A DNA stretch of 63,753 nucleotides, filler included, from Octopus bimaculoides (lineage: Eukaryota), in NCBI RefSeq assembly GCF_001194135.2. It is 5 parts of 5 records of this genome, joined end to end, with 100 filler letters (N's around TTAATTAATTAA, not from the genome) between each part and the next. Parts side by side here need not be neighbours in the genome. Positions count along the whole stretch, not along the records: positions 27,344 to 55,455 come from NC_068985.1; 4 more parts are not named here. One strand, given 5' to 3'. Below the pieces are notes generated by a model. It saw only the letters and a program-made list of their open reading frames with translations. It was not told where the DNA came from and made no database searches. Made by a program: the position numbers and the translations under genes. This document shows positions 38,411-50,509 of this stretch, one piece after another (the stretch's first letter is position 1; every line of letters starts with the position of its first letter).

Positions 38411-39096
38411 GTTCTGTCGCTGGTTACACTTGGCGATACTTCCCCGCTCTTTTGGTCGATCCAACATGAAACAGGAAATGAAGACTTGATGCATGCAAAA
38501 ATCCAACTGCGGCGGATACTTGTTAAGAAGAAACTCAAGCGAAAATGCAGAATGAGCGATGCTTTAACATCGTATCTGTATGATTATATGTGGCAAAATG
38601 AGACCGTGAAAAAGCTACAAGTGCGTTCTATGCTCCAACATTAATCAAGAAATGGAGACGTGATGCTTGCAAAAGTCCAACTGTTACCAATATCTACGGA
38701 GAAATGTACCTGTGTACTAACGCACTTGGAACGGTTGATCGTTATTTTATCTCGTGTTGCTTAAATCATCTAATTATATGTACTAAAATACAAGAAATTA
38801 CATCCAATCATCTATTTTCTCTTGTACAAAATCTTGACAGAATCTAGAAACATGACTTTGAAGAAAACATAATGTCTTAAAATAAACGTACTTCTTTTAA
38901 CCTTACATCAATCATTTTAATATGAATCTCATACATTTTAAATTGATATCCAATTGTTTTTAAATAAAAATTCATTTGATTTAAATTAGAGTTCATACAA
39001 TTTAAATCAGAGACCACAGCCGCTAAGCATTTCGTTCGGTGTGCAAACGACTTTGCCAACTCGCTGCCTTAATAATGATAATGATAATAATAATAA

Positions 39097-39166
<70 letters not shown>

Positions 39167-40144
39167 TTTCTAATTCTCACATACTTGGCCTGTATTATTA
39201 TTTATCATAAAAGGTAATGTTTTAAAATTGTTTTTGTTTTAAACAATTCAAGAACAAACTCGTTGAATATTGGCAGGACATTGAATCTCAACGATCTCAG
39301 GATACAATGCAATTCCTACGAAGGTGGCGAAATTGGCCGAGTCGATTGACCGTCGAATAGAATGCCTTGCATTATTGACTCCGGTTCTCTCTCTTTCCCC
39401 TCTCTCTGATGTAAGGTCATCTCTGTCGTTCATCATTTCGGGGTCGATAAATAAAGTACAAGTTAAGTAGTAGTGATCAATTATTCTTTCCCTTCTCTGT
39501 CTCTGTCTCTGTCTCTCTTCTTCCTTCTGTCTGTCTCTTCCTTTCTATTACTCTCTTTCCTTCCTTCCTTCCTTCCTTTCTTTCTTTCTTTCTTTCTTTC
39601 TGTTTCTTTCTCTCTCTCTCCCTCTCTCTCTCTCGTAATCGGCCATGGCTTACAAGATTGTGTTTCGTAAAGAATCAGCAAAAGAAAAGCAGCCCAAAAT
39701 TGATCCGGTGTTTTCCCACCAGACTTTCAAGACAAGTACACAAGGTTTATCAAGGAGGTCATCAGAAATGAAGGAGAAAGCCAATTTTTACGTTTTCAAC
39801 AGTTAAAATATGCCGAAGAACCCGGTTGTCAAATTTATTTACTTTCGCATGCCGGACTGAAGCTTATACTAGTTGTCATGGGCCAGAAAATAGTTAGCAT
39901 GCAGTTTAGTGTCGTAAAAATGTGAAAGTTCATTCATTGCAGCGGAAATGGTGAAAGTGAAATCATATAATTTTATAAATACAAGCATCAAAAATATTAC
40001 GAAGGTAAGTGGCAGAAAGAATTTAGGTGGTTGCTGCAATAGAAGTGGTACAGGCAAATGCTACCCGATTGAGTTCCTCGATCGTACGTGCGAAACACTT
40101 TGGCCCATTATAACTTAATGGATATTACCAGGTATGCATTTGAT

Positions 40145-40545
40145 ATCTGATATGTTGTTGTTGTTGTTGGCACTCCGTCGCTTACGACGTCGAGGGTTCC
40201 AGTTGATCCGATCAACGGAACAGCCTGCTCGTGAAATTAACGTGCAAGTGACTGAGCACTCCACAGACACGTGTACCCTTAACGTAGTTCTCGGGGATAT
40301 TCAGCGTGACACAGTGTGACAAGGCCGACCCTTTGAATTACAGGCACAACAGAAACAGGAAGTAAGAGTGAGAGAAAGTTGTGGTGAAAGAGTACAGCAG
40401 GGTTCGCCACCATCCCTTGCCGGAGCCTCGTGGAGCTTTAGGTGTTTTCGCTCAATAAACACTCACAACGCCTGGTCTGGGAATCGAAACCGCGATCCTA
40501 TGACCGCGAGTCCGCTGCCCTAACCACTGGGCCATTGCGCCTCCA
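40145..40545 (-). mobile_element. tRNA-headed SINE with a non-CORE body and (AAC)n-ending tail
   Basis: Reverse complement GTGGAGGCGCAATGGCCCAGTGGTTAGG...GGTTTCGATTCCC. Tail ...GATCGGATCAACTGGAACCCTCGACG...GGAGTGCCAACAACAAC. Confidence 0.82.
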
Positions 40546-40704
40546 CATCTGATATGTAGGCTCCTTTTATTAGTTTAGACGACTTATATATATTTTTTGA
40601 AGTTGGGAAGTATTCTTTAAATTTTGTTGATCCAATGATAAGTACATAGTTACACTATTGGAAGAGCAGCGGATGCCCGCCAAGAAGTAACGGAAGATTG
40701 CAGA

Positions 40705-40995
40705 ACGAGCCGGAACGTGGCTTGGTGGTTAGGGGCATTCTTCTCATGATCGTAAGGTAGTGAGTTCGATTCCCGGCTGCGCGTCGTATCCTTGAGCAAG
40801 ACTCTTTATTTCACGTTGCTCAGTCAACTGGCAAAAATGAATAGTACTAGTATTTCAAAGTGTCACACTAAATCTTCTTGAGAACTATGTCAAGGGTACA
40901 CATGTCTGTGGAGTGCTCAGCTACTTGCACGTTAATTTCACGGGCAAGGCTGTTCCGTTGATCGGATCAATTGGAATCCTCGATGGAGTGCCACC
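40705..40995 (+). mobile_element. tRNA-headed SINE with a CORE-like body and the same tail as the 40145-40545 element
   Basis: GTGGCTTGGTGGTTAGG...GAGTTCGATTCCCGG...CCTTGAGCAAGAC...GTGCTCAGCTACTTGCACGTTAATTTCACG...GATCGGATCAATTGGAATCCTCGATGGAGTGCCA. Confidence 0.78.
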
Positions 40996-41175
40996 AATCT
41001 GTACGATCATATGTAGTAAAATGAGACCGTGAAAAAGCTTACATGTACATTCTATGCAGTGTTTACATGTTATATGAATATATTTCAGTTTGAGTTCATA
41101 CATAAATTGTGTTCAACAACTGTTTCATTAAGATGGACATTAATAAATGTATATTATCTATCTATATTCTATCTA

Positions 41176-41980
41176 TCTATATTATATTAAAACTCAAAGG
41201 GAAAAATTACTATTTTATTTAAAATAAAATATTAGTCTTTACCATCTTAAGCAAAAGGCAGAAAAACAAACAGAGCGACTATCTCTTTATAGACGAAGAT
41301 CAGTTGCAATTGGAGGAGTTGAGTCTCAAGAATGAAAAAACAAACAACAACAAATGGGTTGTACCTTATAATGAAACTCTTTTACGAGCATTCAATTAAA
41401 TACGTCATCAAGTACACGCTGAAAGGAAATGTCCAAGCTGTTGTTCAAACAAACAATGATAACGAAATTAGTCAATATCTAATGGGTTGGTACATTGGAC
41501 CATCCGAAGCAGTTGCATCAATTTTAGGATTTTCAGTTCATGAAAGAGCATCTGCAATAGTGAGAGGGCAAGTTCACCTACCAGATGAACAAAGAATATT
41601 GCTCAGATATAATGAGGATATATATGGCTGTCAATGAACGACATATGAGAACAACATTAACAGAATTCTTTTCATTGTGCATCAATAATTACTTAGCAAA
41701 AACATTACTTTATGCTGAAGTACCCATGTATTTCACATGGAACTGTAGTAACAAATAATGGCAAAGAAGAAAGCGAGGAAAAAAGTTGAAAGCCATTTGA
41801 ACGTTTTCAAAGAAGAAACACTTGGTCACATTTATGTTGTCACATCAAAGGCAGGAGAAGTATTATTTAAGAATTTTATTGGATGAAGTTCGAAATAGTA
41901 CTTTCTTTTTTTTTTTTTTGCTGTCGCGTATCGACATTTTCAAATTGGATTGTGACTCAACCGGTCGCGTGTACATCTAG
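41176..41980 (+). mobile_element. Internally deleted Helitron retaining a Rep-helicase fragment
   Basis: A|TC 5' end. Translation SIKYVIKY...NEISQYLMGWYIGPSEAVASILGFSVHER...VHLPDEQRI and (T)TLTEFFSLC...AKTLLYAEVPMYFTWN...WQRRKRG. 3' hairpin GTGAC/GTCGC, then CTAG|T at 41977-41980. Confidence 0.85.
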
Positions 41981-42147
41981 TATATTATAAAATACATAAT
42001 TGAGATACATAATATAAATTCAATTAATTTAAAAGCTGTGTTTACCCAAATCATCAGGAATATTATGGGTTATGCTAATCAGAAAACTCATTGTTCAAAT
42101 ACATTGAGATAGGGAGAAACAGCAAAAAGAAGGAGAAAAGAGAAAAG

Positions 42148-42178
<31 letters not shown>

Positions 42179-42423
42179 CATATATATATGTACATACATG
42201 CATTTCCACACGCGCGCGCACACACACATGTGCATACATGCAGGCAGGCACATACTCACGCAGACAAGCGCAGAAAAGACACACATTGACTCATACTTTA
42301 ACACTTCCGTTACATGTTTGCATATATAAATATAATTAAACACCCATATTATAAAATAATGTTATATATATATATCTACAAGAGAAAATATGAGGTAGAA
42401 AAATACAAAATATAAACATACGT

Positions 42424-42610
42424 AGGCGCAGGTGTTGTGTGGAAAGACGTTTGCTTCCCAATCACAAGTTTCCTATTTCGGTCCCACTGCATGGCACCTT
42501 GGGCAAGTATCTTCTACCGTAGCCTCAGGCTAACCAAAGCCTTGTGAGTGGATTTGGTAGATAAAAACTGAAAGAAGCCCTTCGTGCATGTGCATGTGCA
42601 TGTGCATGTG

Positions 42611-42660
<50 letters not shown>

Positions 42661-42905
42661 TGTGTGTGTGTTTGTGTGCGTGCGTGCGTGCGCATGCGAG
42701 TGTTCTTGTGCCTGTGTTTGTTCCCAACACCGCTTGACAACTGGTGTGTTTACGTGCGTGTAACTTAGCGGTTCGGCAAAACAGACCGATAGAGTAAGTG
42801 CCAGACATAAAATAATAATAAGTACTGGGTCGATTCGTTCGACTAAGGTTCTTCGAGGTAGTGCCCCAGCATGGCCGGAGTCTAATGACTGAAACAAGTA
42901 AAAGA
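42424..42905 (+). mobile_element. SINE family B, complete, central (TGCATG)n(TG)n
   Basis: Head, GAAAGAAGCCC, microsatellite and tail are all present. Confidence 0.85.
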
Positions 42906-43039
42906 TACAGCACATTCCTAATGTTCGTAATAAAGCAAAAATATATCGGAATGACCTTAACTAGAAAAATAAATCCAAATTTTATGGCTTGATTGAATCG
43001 ATAATGTAATCTAAAACTCACTGTAATTATATCAATATT

Positions 43040-43262
43040 ATGTGGAAGTGAGTTCGATTCCCAGACTGGGCAGTGTGTTGTGTTCTTGAGCAAAACATTT
43101 TATTTCTCGTTGCTCCTTTTCACCCAGCTGTAGAAATGAGTTGCGATGTCGCTGGTGCCAAGCTGTATCGACCTTTGCCTTTTCCTTGGACAACATTGTT
43201 GGAGAGAGGGGGCTGCTAGTCTTCCATAAACAACCTTGCTCAGACTTGTTCCTCAGAGGGTA
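43040..43262 (+). mobile_element. SINE family C, 5'-truncated
   Basis: GAGTTCGATTCCCAGACTGGG...GTTCTTGAGCAAAACA...CATAAACAACCTTGC. Confidence 0.75.
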
Positions 43263-44448
43263 AATACATATATGATAAAAACATATATGTTGAATTAGTA
43301 GATCAACGTATATACTATTGTCTATATAATATATATATTATATATTATATAGACAATAGTATTTTCAACCGAGACCTTACAGCTGCGTCTGTTCAAGTGC
43401 TTCAATTCTGTATATGTACATATATTTACTCGATTGGTAACATTTATCAATGGTTTCTTTCATTTTCTTGGCGCACCATTTTCTATCATTAATAGAACTG
43501 TTGGCATTTTTGACAACACGGAGACGCTAGTTAGTAAATAAAATAAATAAAATTAGATAGGTTGGTGCGCGCACACAAACACATATTAACTGACAAACAT
43601 CACATGTATGTCTTGAAAATGAAATTTGAAACCTTGTGGCTTACTGCCAAACTGTTTGTCCGTTACAGATGTATCTGTTTGTCTTTCGTATCCAGTTTCT
43701 AAGTATTATCCTTGAAAATATTTTATTTCCCTGGCGGAATGAAATATGACGCCGTTTTCAAACTGAGATTTTCTACTTTTGCAATCTCTTCAAACAACAG
43801 CGCTGCACCGAAGAAGAATGAAGTGAACGAAAAGTTGGTGCGCAATCAGAACGAGTGAATAAATTCTCTCTGATAGCGATGCCAAAGAAAAAAATTGCTC
43901 AAGAACCAACATCTGTTAGTGGCTTGAATTGGAAAATTACCGAAAACGTTGGATCAATGATACGTGACGAAACGGGTACATAGTTACCCTAACTAGCATA
44001 TACACTGAAGGAATGGACAAAAGTACACTGAAATGAAAGCAAAGTTTCAAAAAAGAAAATTTTTTTTCTTTTATTTTACCTGATAAAAATCCAACAAGTG
44101 CTGTCACTCTATGAAAAAGGAAGATTTGGTATCGTTGCAGAAGACCAAACTTCACAGAATCTCTCGGCTGACATTGAAGGAAAGGAAATTACAAATTTCC
44201 AAAGATATATCTATAGAGGAAGCAATACGACTAACCACAGTATCAGAGAGATAATATGGATGGAATAGCATTTTTTTTTTACATGTTTAACAATAAAATA
44301 GCTGAAATCAATATATATAAAAGAGTCAACGATAAAAATGAAAAATAATATTCTAATGAAAAAGTACGTCACGAAAAGACTAATCTCAACTTTGTATTCA
44401 GCAACTTCACAGACAGAAAGAACCAAATAAAATTGATTTTTTATCTTT

Positions 44449-44620
44449 CAACATGTTTCAGTCATTAGACTGCTGCCATTCTGGGCCACTTCCCTGAAGT
44501 GGTTTAGTCGAACACAGCGGCCACATTGCTTGGGGTTTTCTGGGGTTTTTTTTTCTTTTCAAATCTGGTACTTACTTTTCGGTTTTTGTTGTAGTCTAGG
44601 GGTGGGGACGTTGCCGACAA
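44449..44620 (-). mobile_element. SINE family B tail, diverged
   Basis: ACATGTTTCAGTCATTAGACTGCTGCCAT...GCCGACAAACATAAA. Confidence 0.6.
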
Positions 44621-44628
44621 ACATAAAT

Positions 44629-44710
<82 letters not shown>

Positions 44711-44727
44711 ACACGTACACACACATA

Positions 44728-44943
44728 CGAGGAGATGCTGAAAAGTTCCTGATTCTAAGGGTATCTCAAAAGGCCTGGCTGAAGGCCCTATCTTCCAAGT
44801 TCGTTTACAGGGCTTAGGAAAACTGAAAGACTGCTGCAATAAGTGTGTGAATCTGAGAGGGGAATATGCTGAATAAAATCATAATTAACTGATCCTCCTT
44901 ATTTTCTTTTACCCAAAGCCAGGAATTTTTCAGCACCACCTCG
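44728..44943 (+). mobile_element. 216-bp mariner-derived MITE
   Basis: TA|CGAGGAGATGCTGAAAAGTTCCTG ... CCAGGAATTTTTCAGCACCACCTCG|TA. Internal remnant GLGKLKDCCNKCVNLRGEYAE* matches the mariner C-terminus. Confidence 0.9.
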
Positions 44944-45249
44944 TATATATACAATGCGCTGCCATACAGTTTCCGTTTACCAAATTCACTAAAAAGGAAT
45001 TGATAAGCCTGGAGTTATAGTAGAAATCACTTTCCTAAGGTGTTACGCAATGGGATTAAACCCGAAATCGCATGGTTGCAAAGTGAGCTTCTGAACCACA
45101 CAACCATAATATCTGAACCTATAAACAAAATTAAATTGGACTGCCGTGACCATAATTCGAACCTGGATTGCTACGGCCACTTACTCAACTGTTTATATTT
45201 TTAAACGGAAAACAATGCCAAACAGGATCTAAGTTGATTACATCGACCA

Positions 45250-45395
45250 CGGTGTTCAATTGGTGCTTATTTTTTCGACCCCGGAAGGATAAAAGGTAAT
45301 GTTGACTTCGGTGGAATTTGAACTTGAAACGTAAAGACGGACGAAATGCCGCTAAGCATTTTGTCCGCGTGGTAACGATTCTGCCAGCTCGCCGG
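45250..45395 (-). mobile_element. SINE family A
   Basis: Homologous to 1952-2136, including the GGACGAAATGC hairpin. Confidence 0.8.
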
Positions 45396-47195
45396 CTTTC
45401 CGCTCAGTAAATAATAACAAGAAGCAACTCGAACAAAACAATAATATAAGTACAATTGGAGGATGTTCAAAGTTTTTACTTCCGCCTCATGTAAGCCTCG
45501 ATGTAAGCTTATATAAACATTTTAAAGACAATATTTGTTTGGAATGGAACAAATGCATGGTTGATAGAAAACTGTTATTTTCAAAGGCGGTAATGAGGGT
45601 GTTGTACCTTAGATATGTTGTGAAATTTTGTGAAGCCTTGGAACTATGAACATAGAATAACCATTTTATAATAATTCTGCTTGTTCCTCCGTTACTTAGC
45701 CCGTTCGTAATGCTTCCACGTGATTGGCTGAAGGAAGGAGGATGGGGAGGGAAGGGAGTGGGAGAGTGGAGAGGGAGAGAGGTGGGAGGAGACGGGATGG
45801 TATGGGAAGGAGAGAGAAGAAAAGTGGATGGAGAAGGGGATAGGAGGGGAGGGAGATGGGCGGTGAGTTAAATGCGTAGTTTTTAAAACCAAGTTCTTTT
45901 TCTCTGTTACTTAGCCCGTCTGTAACGCTTTCACGTGAGTAGTTGAGCGGAAAAGCGAAGAGCGAAAGAAAAAGGAGAGAGGAAATGAAGGTAAAGCGAA
46001 AAGTGAGAAAGAAAGAGGGAGAGTGCTGTGTATTAAGTCTATAAAATTGGGCATAAAGTATATACAGTGTATATATAAGTGCATTAAGTAATCATCGTAT
46101 TCCAATTTCCTTCACTTTTCAATGATTAGCAGGCACAGACACAACACAGGCTACACTTTCAGGTATTTTGGATAAAGTTTTCAGAAATAACCCAATAAGT
46201 TTACCATTAATTTCGTGAAATATACATGGGTTCCGCTAGTAAAAATAAATCGACGTATTTCAAATGCATCCAAATAGAGAAAAAGAAATTTTTTTGTAGC
46301 AAGAAAGCGATGAAGAGGAGTGCAACTAAGTTTCCAAAGAAGTCTTAACATCCAGCTATTCATTTCTGTATATCGATTTTTTTTTATACATCAGATAACG
46401 AACAGTAATTTACATCGAGGTTTTGAAAGATTTCAAAATTTAATCATAAATGTTTTTATTATCAATAAAATGTAACATTTAAGCATTATTAAACTTGAGA
46501 AAATATTTACGAGTTAAGGTTTTAAAATGACAGTATCATATCTAAAGTTTTAATTATCAATAAAATATCTTTTAAGCAACGTTTATGTAAGAGCTGTATC
46601 ATATAATAGGTTCAGTGCATCTATACTCAATAAACTGCTATTCTTTATCATTAAATTGTCATTAGTCTTGTAGTGTATGGTATACATTCTCTATCTATAT
46701 AGTTCAGAAATTGCGATACACCAGCCACATACAAAACACAAGTCTTGCGCATTAACTAAATGTAAATATTACTTTCCGTGACACACATTAATCATAAATG
46801 CAACTAATTTTCATGTGAATTCATTATTATATCTTGAAATTGCTCAGATAACACGTATATTGTAATTGTCTGATTTGGTTGTTTGGCTTCAATGGTGTTC
46901 CCGCCAGTATTTACAGACGGTATATGAACTGTTGGAAACAGAGCGTACTTTTATGTTTCAATAAACTGGATAATTGTTATTATATTACATCACCAATAAT
47001 CTATCTGTTAATTATATTAAATATGGCTACTGAACTCACGATTTAATTCGAAATAAAGTGTCGAGCAGCAACTGTCTGGGGCTTTTCTCCATTTGTTTTT
47101 CCCTCGGAAGTAAAGATTCATATTTTATTCCAGACTCCTTGTTTCAGAGATATTTTCTAGGTCTAAAAAGTTGATTTGAATACCGCAATTTATGC

Positions 47196-47286
<91 letters not shown>

Positions 47287-47289
47287 GCC

Positions 47290-48720
47290 CAGTGTAAACT
47301 TAACATACTTGACATAGTTATTTGTAACAGCAAAGAAAAGTTATGTCCGGTTATTGTGATTAGCTGCTCTGCAAATGAAAAACAACTCTTCCAAAATTGA
47401 CAGCTATTGATAAACATACAACACCTCAACCCTGATTATAAATGTTCATTCGTACCGATAATCATTGTTGTATTCGGTTATGTTAGTAAATACTTAAAAC
47501 CTGAAGAAGAAGCTAGGATTTTCAAGCAACGAGAGAACTCAGCCACTTTACAAATACAGTCTGTGAGAAGAATAGTAAAAATGTGTAAGGCTTTCTTAAA
47601 GTTTGATATGTAATGATTTTCGCAATTGTTATCCAAACTCCAATGACGGAAGTTTTGTTTCTTTGTGAGAAATCAGCTCGCTCCTTCTCGAGAGTATACT
47701 AATAAATATAAAGAAGAAAAAGACATACATACATACATACATACATACATACATACATACATACATACATACATACATACATACATACATACATACACAC
47801 ACACATACATGATTGTAAAACGATCAAGAAATACATGCCCGTCAAGCAACATGTCTATAAAATGGCCGGACTATTTCTTTGACGAGGAGTATTTAAGAAT
47901 GAATAAAGATATAGCCTATGATGGGACGAGTAACAAGAATATAAAAAAAATATGGATGAGAAAATATGGCCCTCAGAGCTTTCTGCACATAATAAATCAA
48001 TAGCTCACAATATGCTTGTTATACCAGTACTTATACGAACATTTGGGTTACTCGACAGGATGATTTATGAGATCCAGCTCATTAGGGTTAAATGCCGAAA
48101 ATAATTAACCCACACCAGAAATTTCAACATCAACAGTGATATAGACCACCTCTACCTACAACGAAGGCAAAGCAGTAAGGCCAGTTCAAAACAGCCTTTG
48201 AATGTCGCGTCATATCTGTCGGATAACATATGCTAATTTTCAAGTATCGAAGTTTGCCTATGGATCAAGTCCTTATACACGTGGCAGATAGATAACATTA
48301 AGTGAGTTGGAAAGAAGTTGTTCAGAAATTATTTCTTGGCTCACGACCAGAGATATACACCCAGAGAAGCTGCACCATTCTACCGTAACAGGTCGTCAGA
48401 TGAAAAACTCTCTGAATGCCAACAAATAGTTGTGCATGGTTATGATGCCAAAAGGTTTCAAAGTGACAGCAACACAGATAACCAAAGTGGTCTAACTTTT
48501 TCTAGTCAAGACATGATGTCGTGGCCAAAGCATAATACAAAGCAATGCGTAGAAAGGATAGCCCTGATAGTAATAAGCTGTTACAGTGATGTGTATTGCA
48601 TACTAGCAGAATATCCTTGTTAAAAATTCAGTAAAATGGAAGCATATTGAACAAGACATAGTAATATTTAACGATAGAAAGGAATTGTGTTCAGTAGTAG
48701 ATCAAAAGTTTTTCTCGGGC
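47290..48720 (+). mobile_element. Two R4/Dong-like LINE (L-A) fragments separated by (TACA)n
   Basis: LDIVICNSKEKLC...PDYKCSFVPIII...IVKMCKAFLKFDM* at ~47290-47613. From ~47810, YLRMNKDIAYDG...FNINSDIDHLYL (post-RT region). Confidence 0.75.
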
Positions 48721-49046
48721 CATGGGCTCATAAGGCGGGTTTCCCTGATTCCGAGATTACTCATTTTTGCCAGATGAGTAGACTGGAGAATGTGAAATGA
48801 AGTGTTTTGCTCAAGAACACAACGCAACGTGTGATCCAGGAATTCAAATCAGAATTTTACAATCATGAATGCAACACCCACTAACCACTAAGCCACACAC
48901 CTCCACGCATAGTTTTGGACGTTCGCTTAGTGTTAAAGATTAGTGAAAACGAAAATATCTATTTGAAATTAATGAAAAATGCTGTTACTCCTCTTGGAGT
49001 GGAGCTTTAGATTATACCTGTAATAATTGGGACGTATATATATATA

Positions 49047-49205
49047 CGACGGGCTTCTTTCAGTTTCCGTCTACTAAATCCACTCACAAGGCTTTGGCCC
49101 GAGGCTATAGTAGAAGACACTTACCCAAGGTGCTACGCAGTGGGACTGAACCCGGAACCATGTGGTTGGGAAGCAAGCTTCTTAACACACAGCCACGCAT
49201 GCGCC
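49047..49205 (-). mobile_element. SINE family B, 5' half
   Basis: Close match to 6089-6252, followed on the minus strand by (TA)n. Confidence 0.85.
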
Positions 49206-50244
49206 TATGTACAACATTGTAGAACTTTAGCATGTAATATGCAGTATTACACATGTAATGTGTCTACGCGCATATGCACACGTGTAGACATGCAAACATA
49301 TGTGTATGTACACAGTCAAAAGTCAAAGATCCACCCATGACATACAACCGTGCTTGCAAGCATGCATTTGTATGCTCAAACTTATGCACATGCATACATA
49401 CGAATATACGTAGGACCTTATATCTAAACCAAGAACTATTTCGGGGCTATAAAACAGCCCGTGATGGTATATACATACATGACTATCCAACTGATATCCT
49501 TAAAATTCTGATAAAGAGCCTTATTTCTCGTTTAGAAACTGCTGCTGAGAAATTCGAAAAATAAAACCCAGAACGCGCGCGCGCGCACAGATACATACAT
49601 ACATACATACAAACGCACACATGTACATACATACGCACATACGCATCCATCCATCCATACACTCACCCATCCATCTATCCGTCCATCCATCCATCCATCC
49701 ATCCATCCATCCATCTATCTATCCATCCATTCATTCGCTCATCCATCCATCCATACATACATATATCTATACGTAGACATTTTTGAGAGCAGCTGCATAT
49801 TTGGCATGGAACACTAATAATTGAATTTGCGATGATTTCTATCTGCAACGTAAATGTGACTAGTATCAGCCTTGTTAAAAAATAACTGGTTATTTTTATC
49901 ACATTCATTAAATGACTGTTATAATTCCAGTTTGCGGTGATATTCAACTGAAACTTGAATTTACCATGCAGGAATTTATTACGAACAATATGGCTGAATA
50001 TGACGATAGCGTCAAGAACATTGGTGAAGAACTGAGAAAAACAAATTCGAGACAATTAATGGAACTGAAAATATGTAAAACATTCTAGAATTTAGTATGT
50101 ATTAAGTGTTCATACACATGCACAGAAATGCAAACATATGTATGTTTACATATAACGACCGAAAGCATATAATTCCACTCGTGTAATAACATCCACGCTT
50201 GCACTCTTAAATAAGAGTGAACAGATAAACAGACAGACAGATAC

Positions 50245-50311
<67 letters not shown>

Positions 50312-50509
50312 CATGTGGGCATGTGAAGGTGCCAGAGTGGCCTAGTAGTCTATTAGTTAAGGCGAGCGTTTCATATTATAAGGTGGCTTCTATTCCTGGA
50401 CGGAATGGTGCATTGTGTCATTAAGCAACTAATTTCATTTTGCGTTGCTCCTGTGTACTAAGATGAGCGTTCTGTTGGGTCAAAGGCATAAGAGATGAAG
50501 GAGTCTCTA

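Noticed and set aside
40455-40545. tRNA genes at SINE heads (also ~8368, ~25930-26010, ~35597)
   Set aside because: A/B boxes are present but there is no complete cloverleaf, and they are fused to SINE bodies.
46911-46973. TVYELLETERTF, resembling the RhoGEF DH-domain CR1 motif
   Set aside because: A stop follows immediately, there is no convincing donor and no other DH exons are visible. Probably chance.
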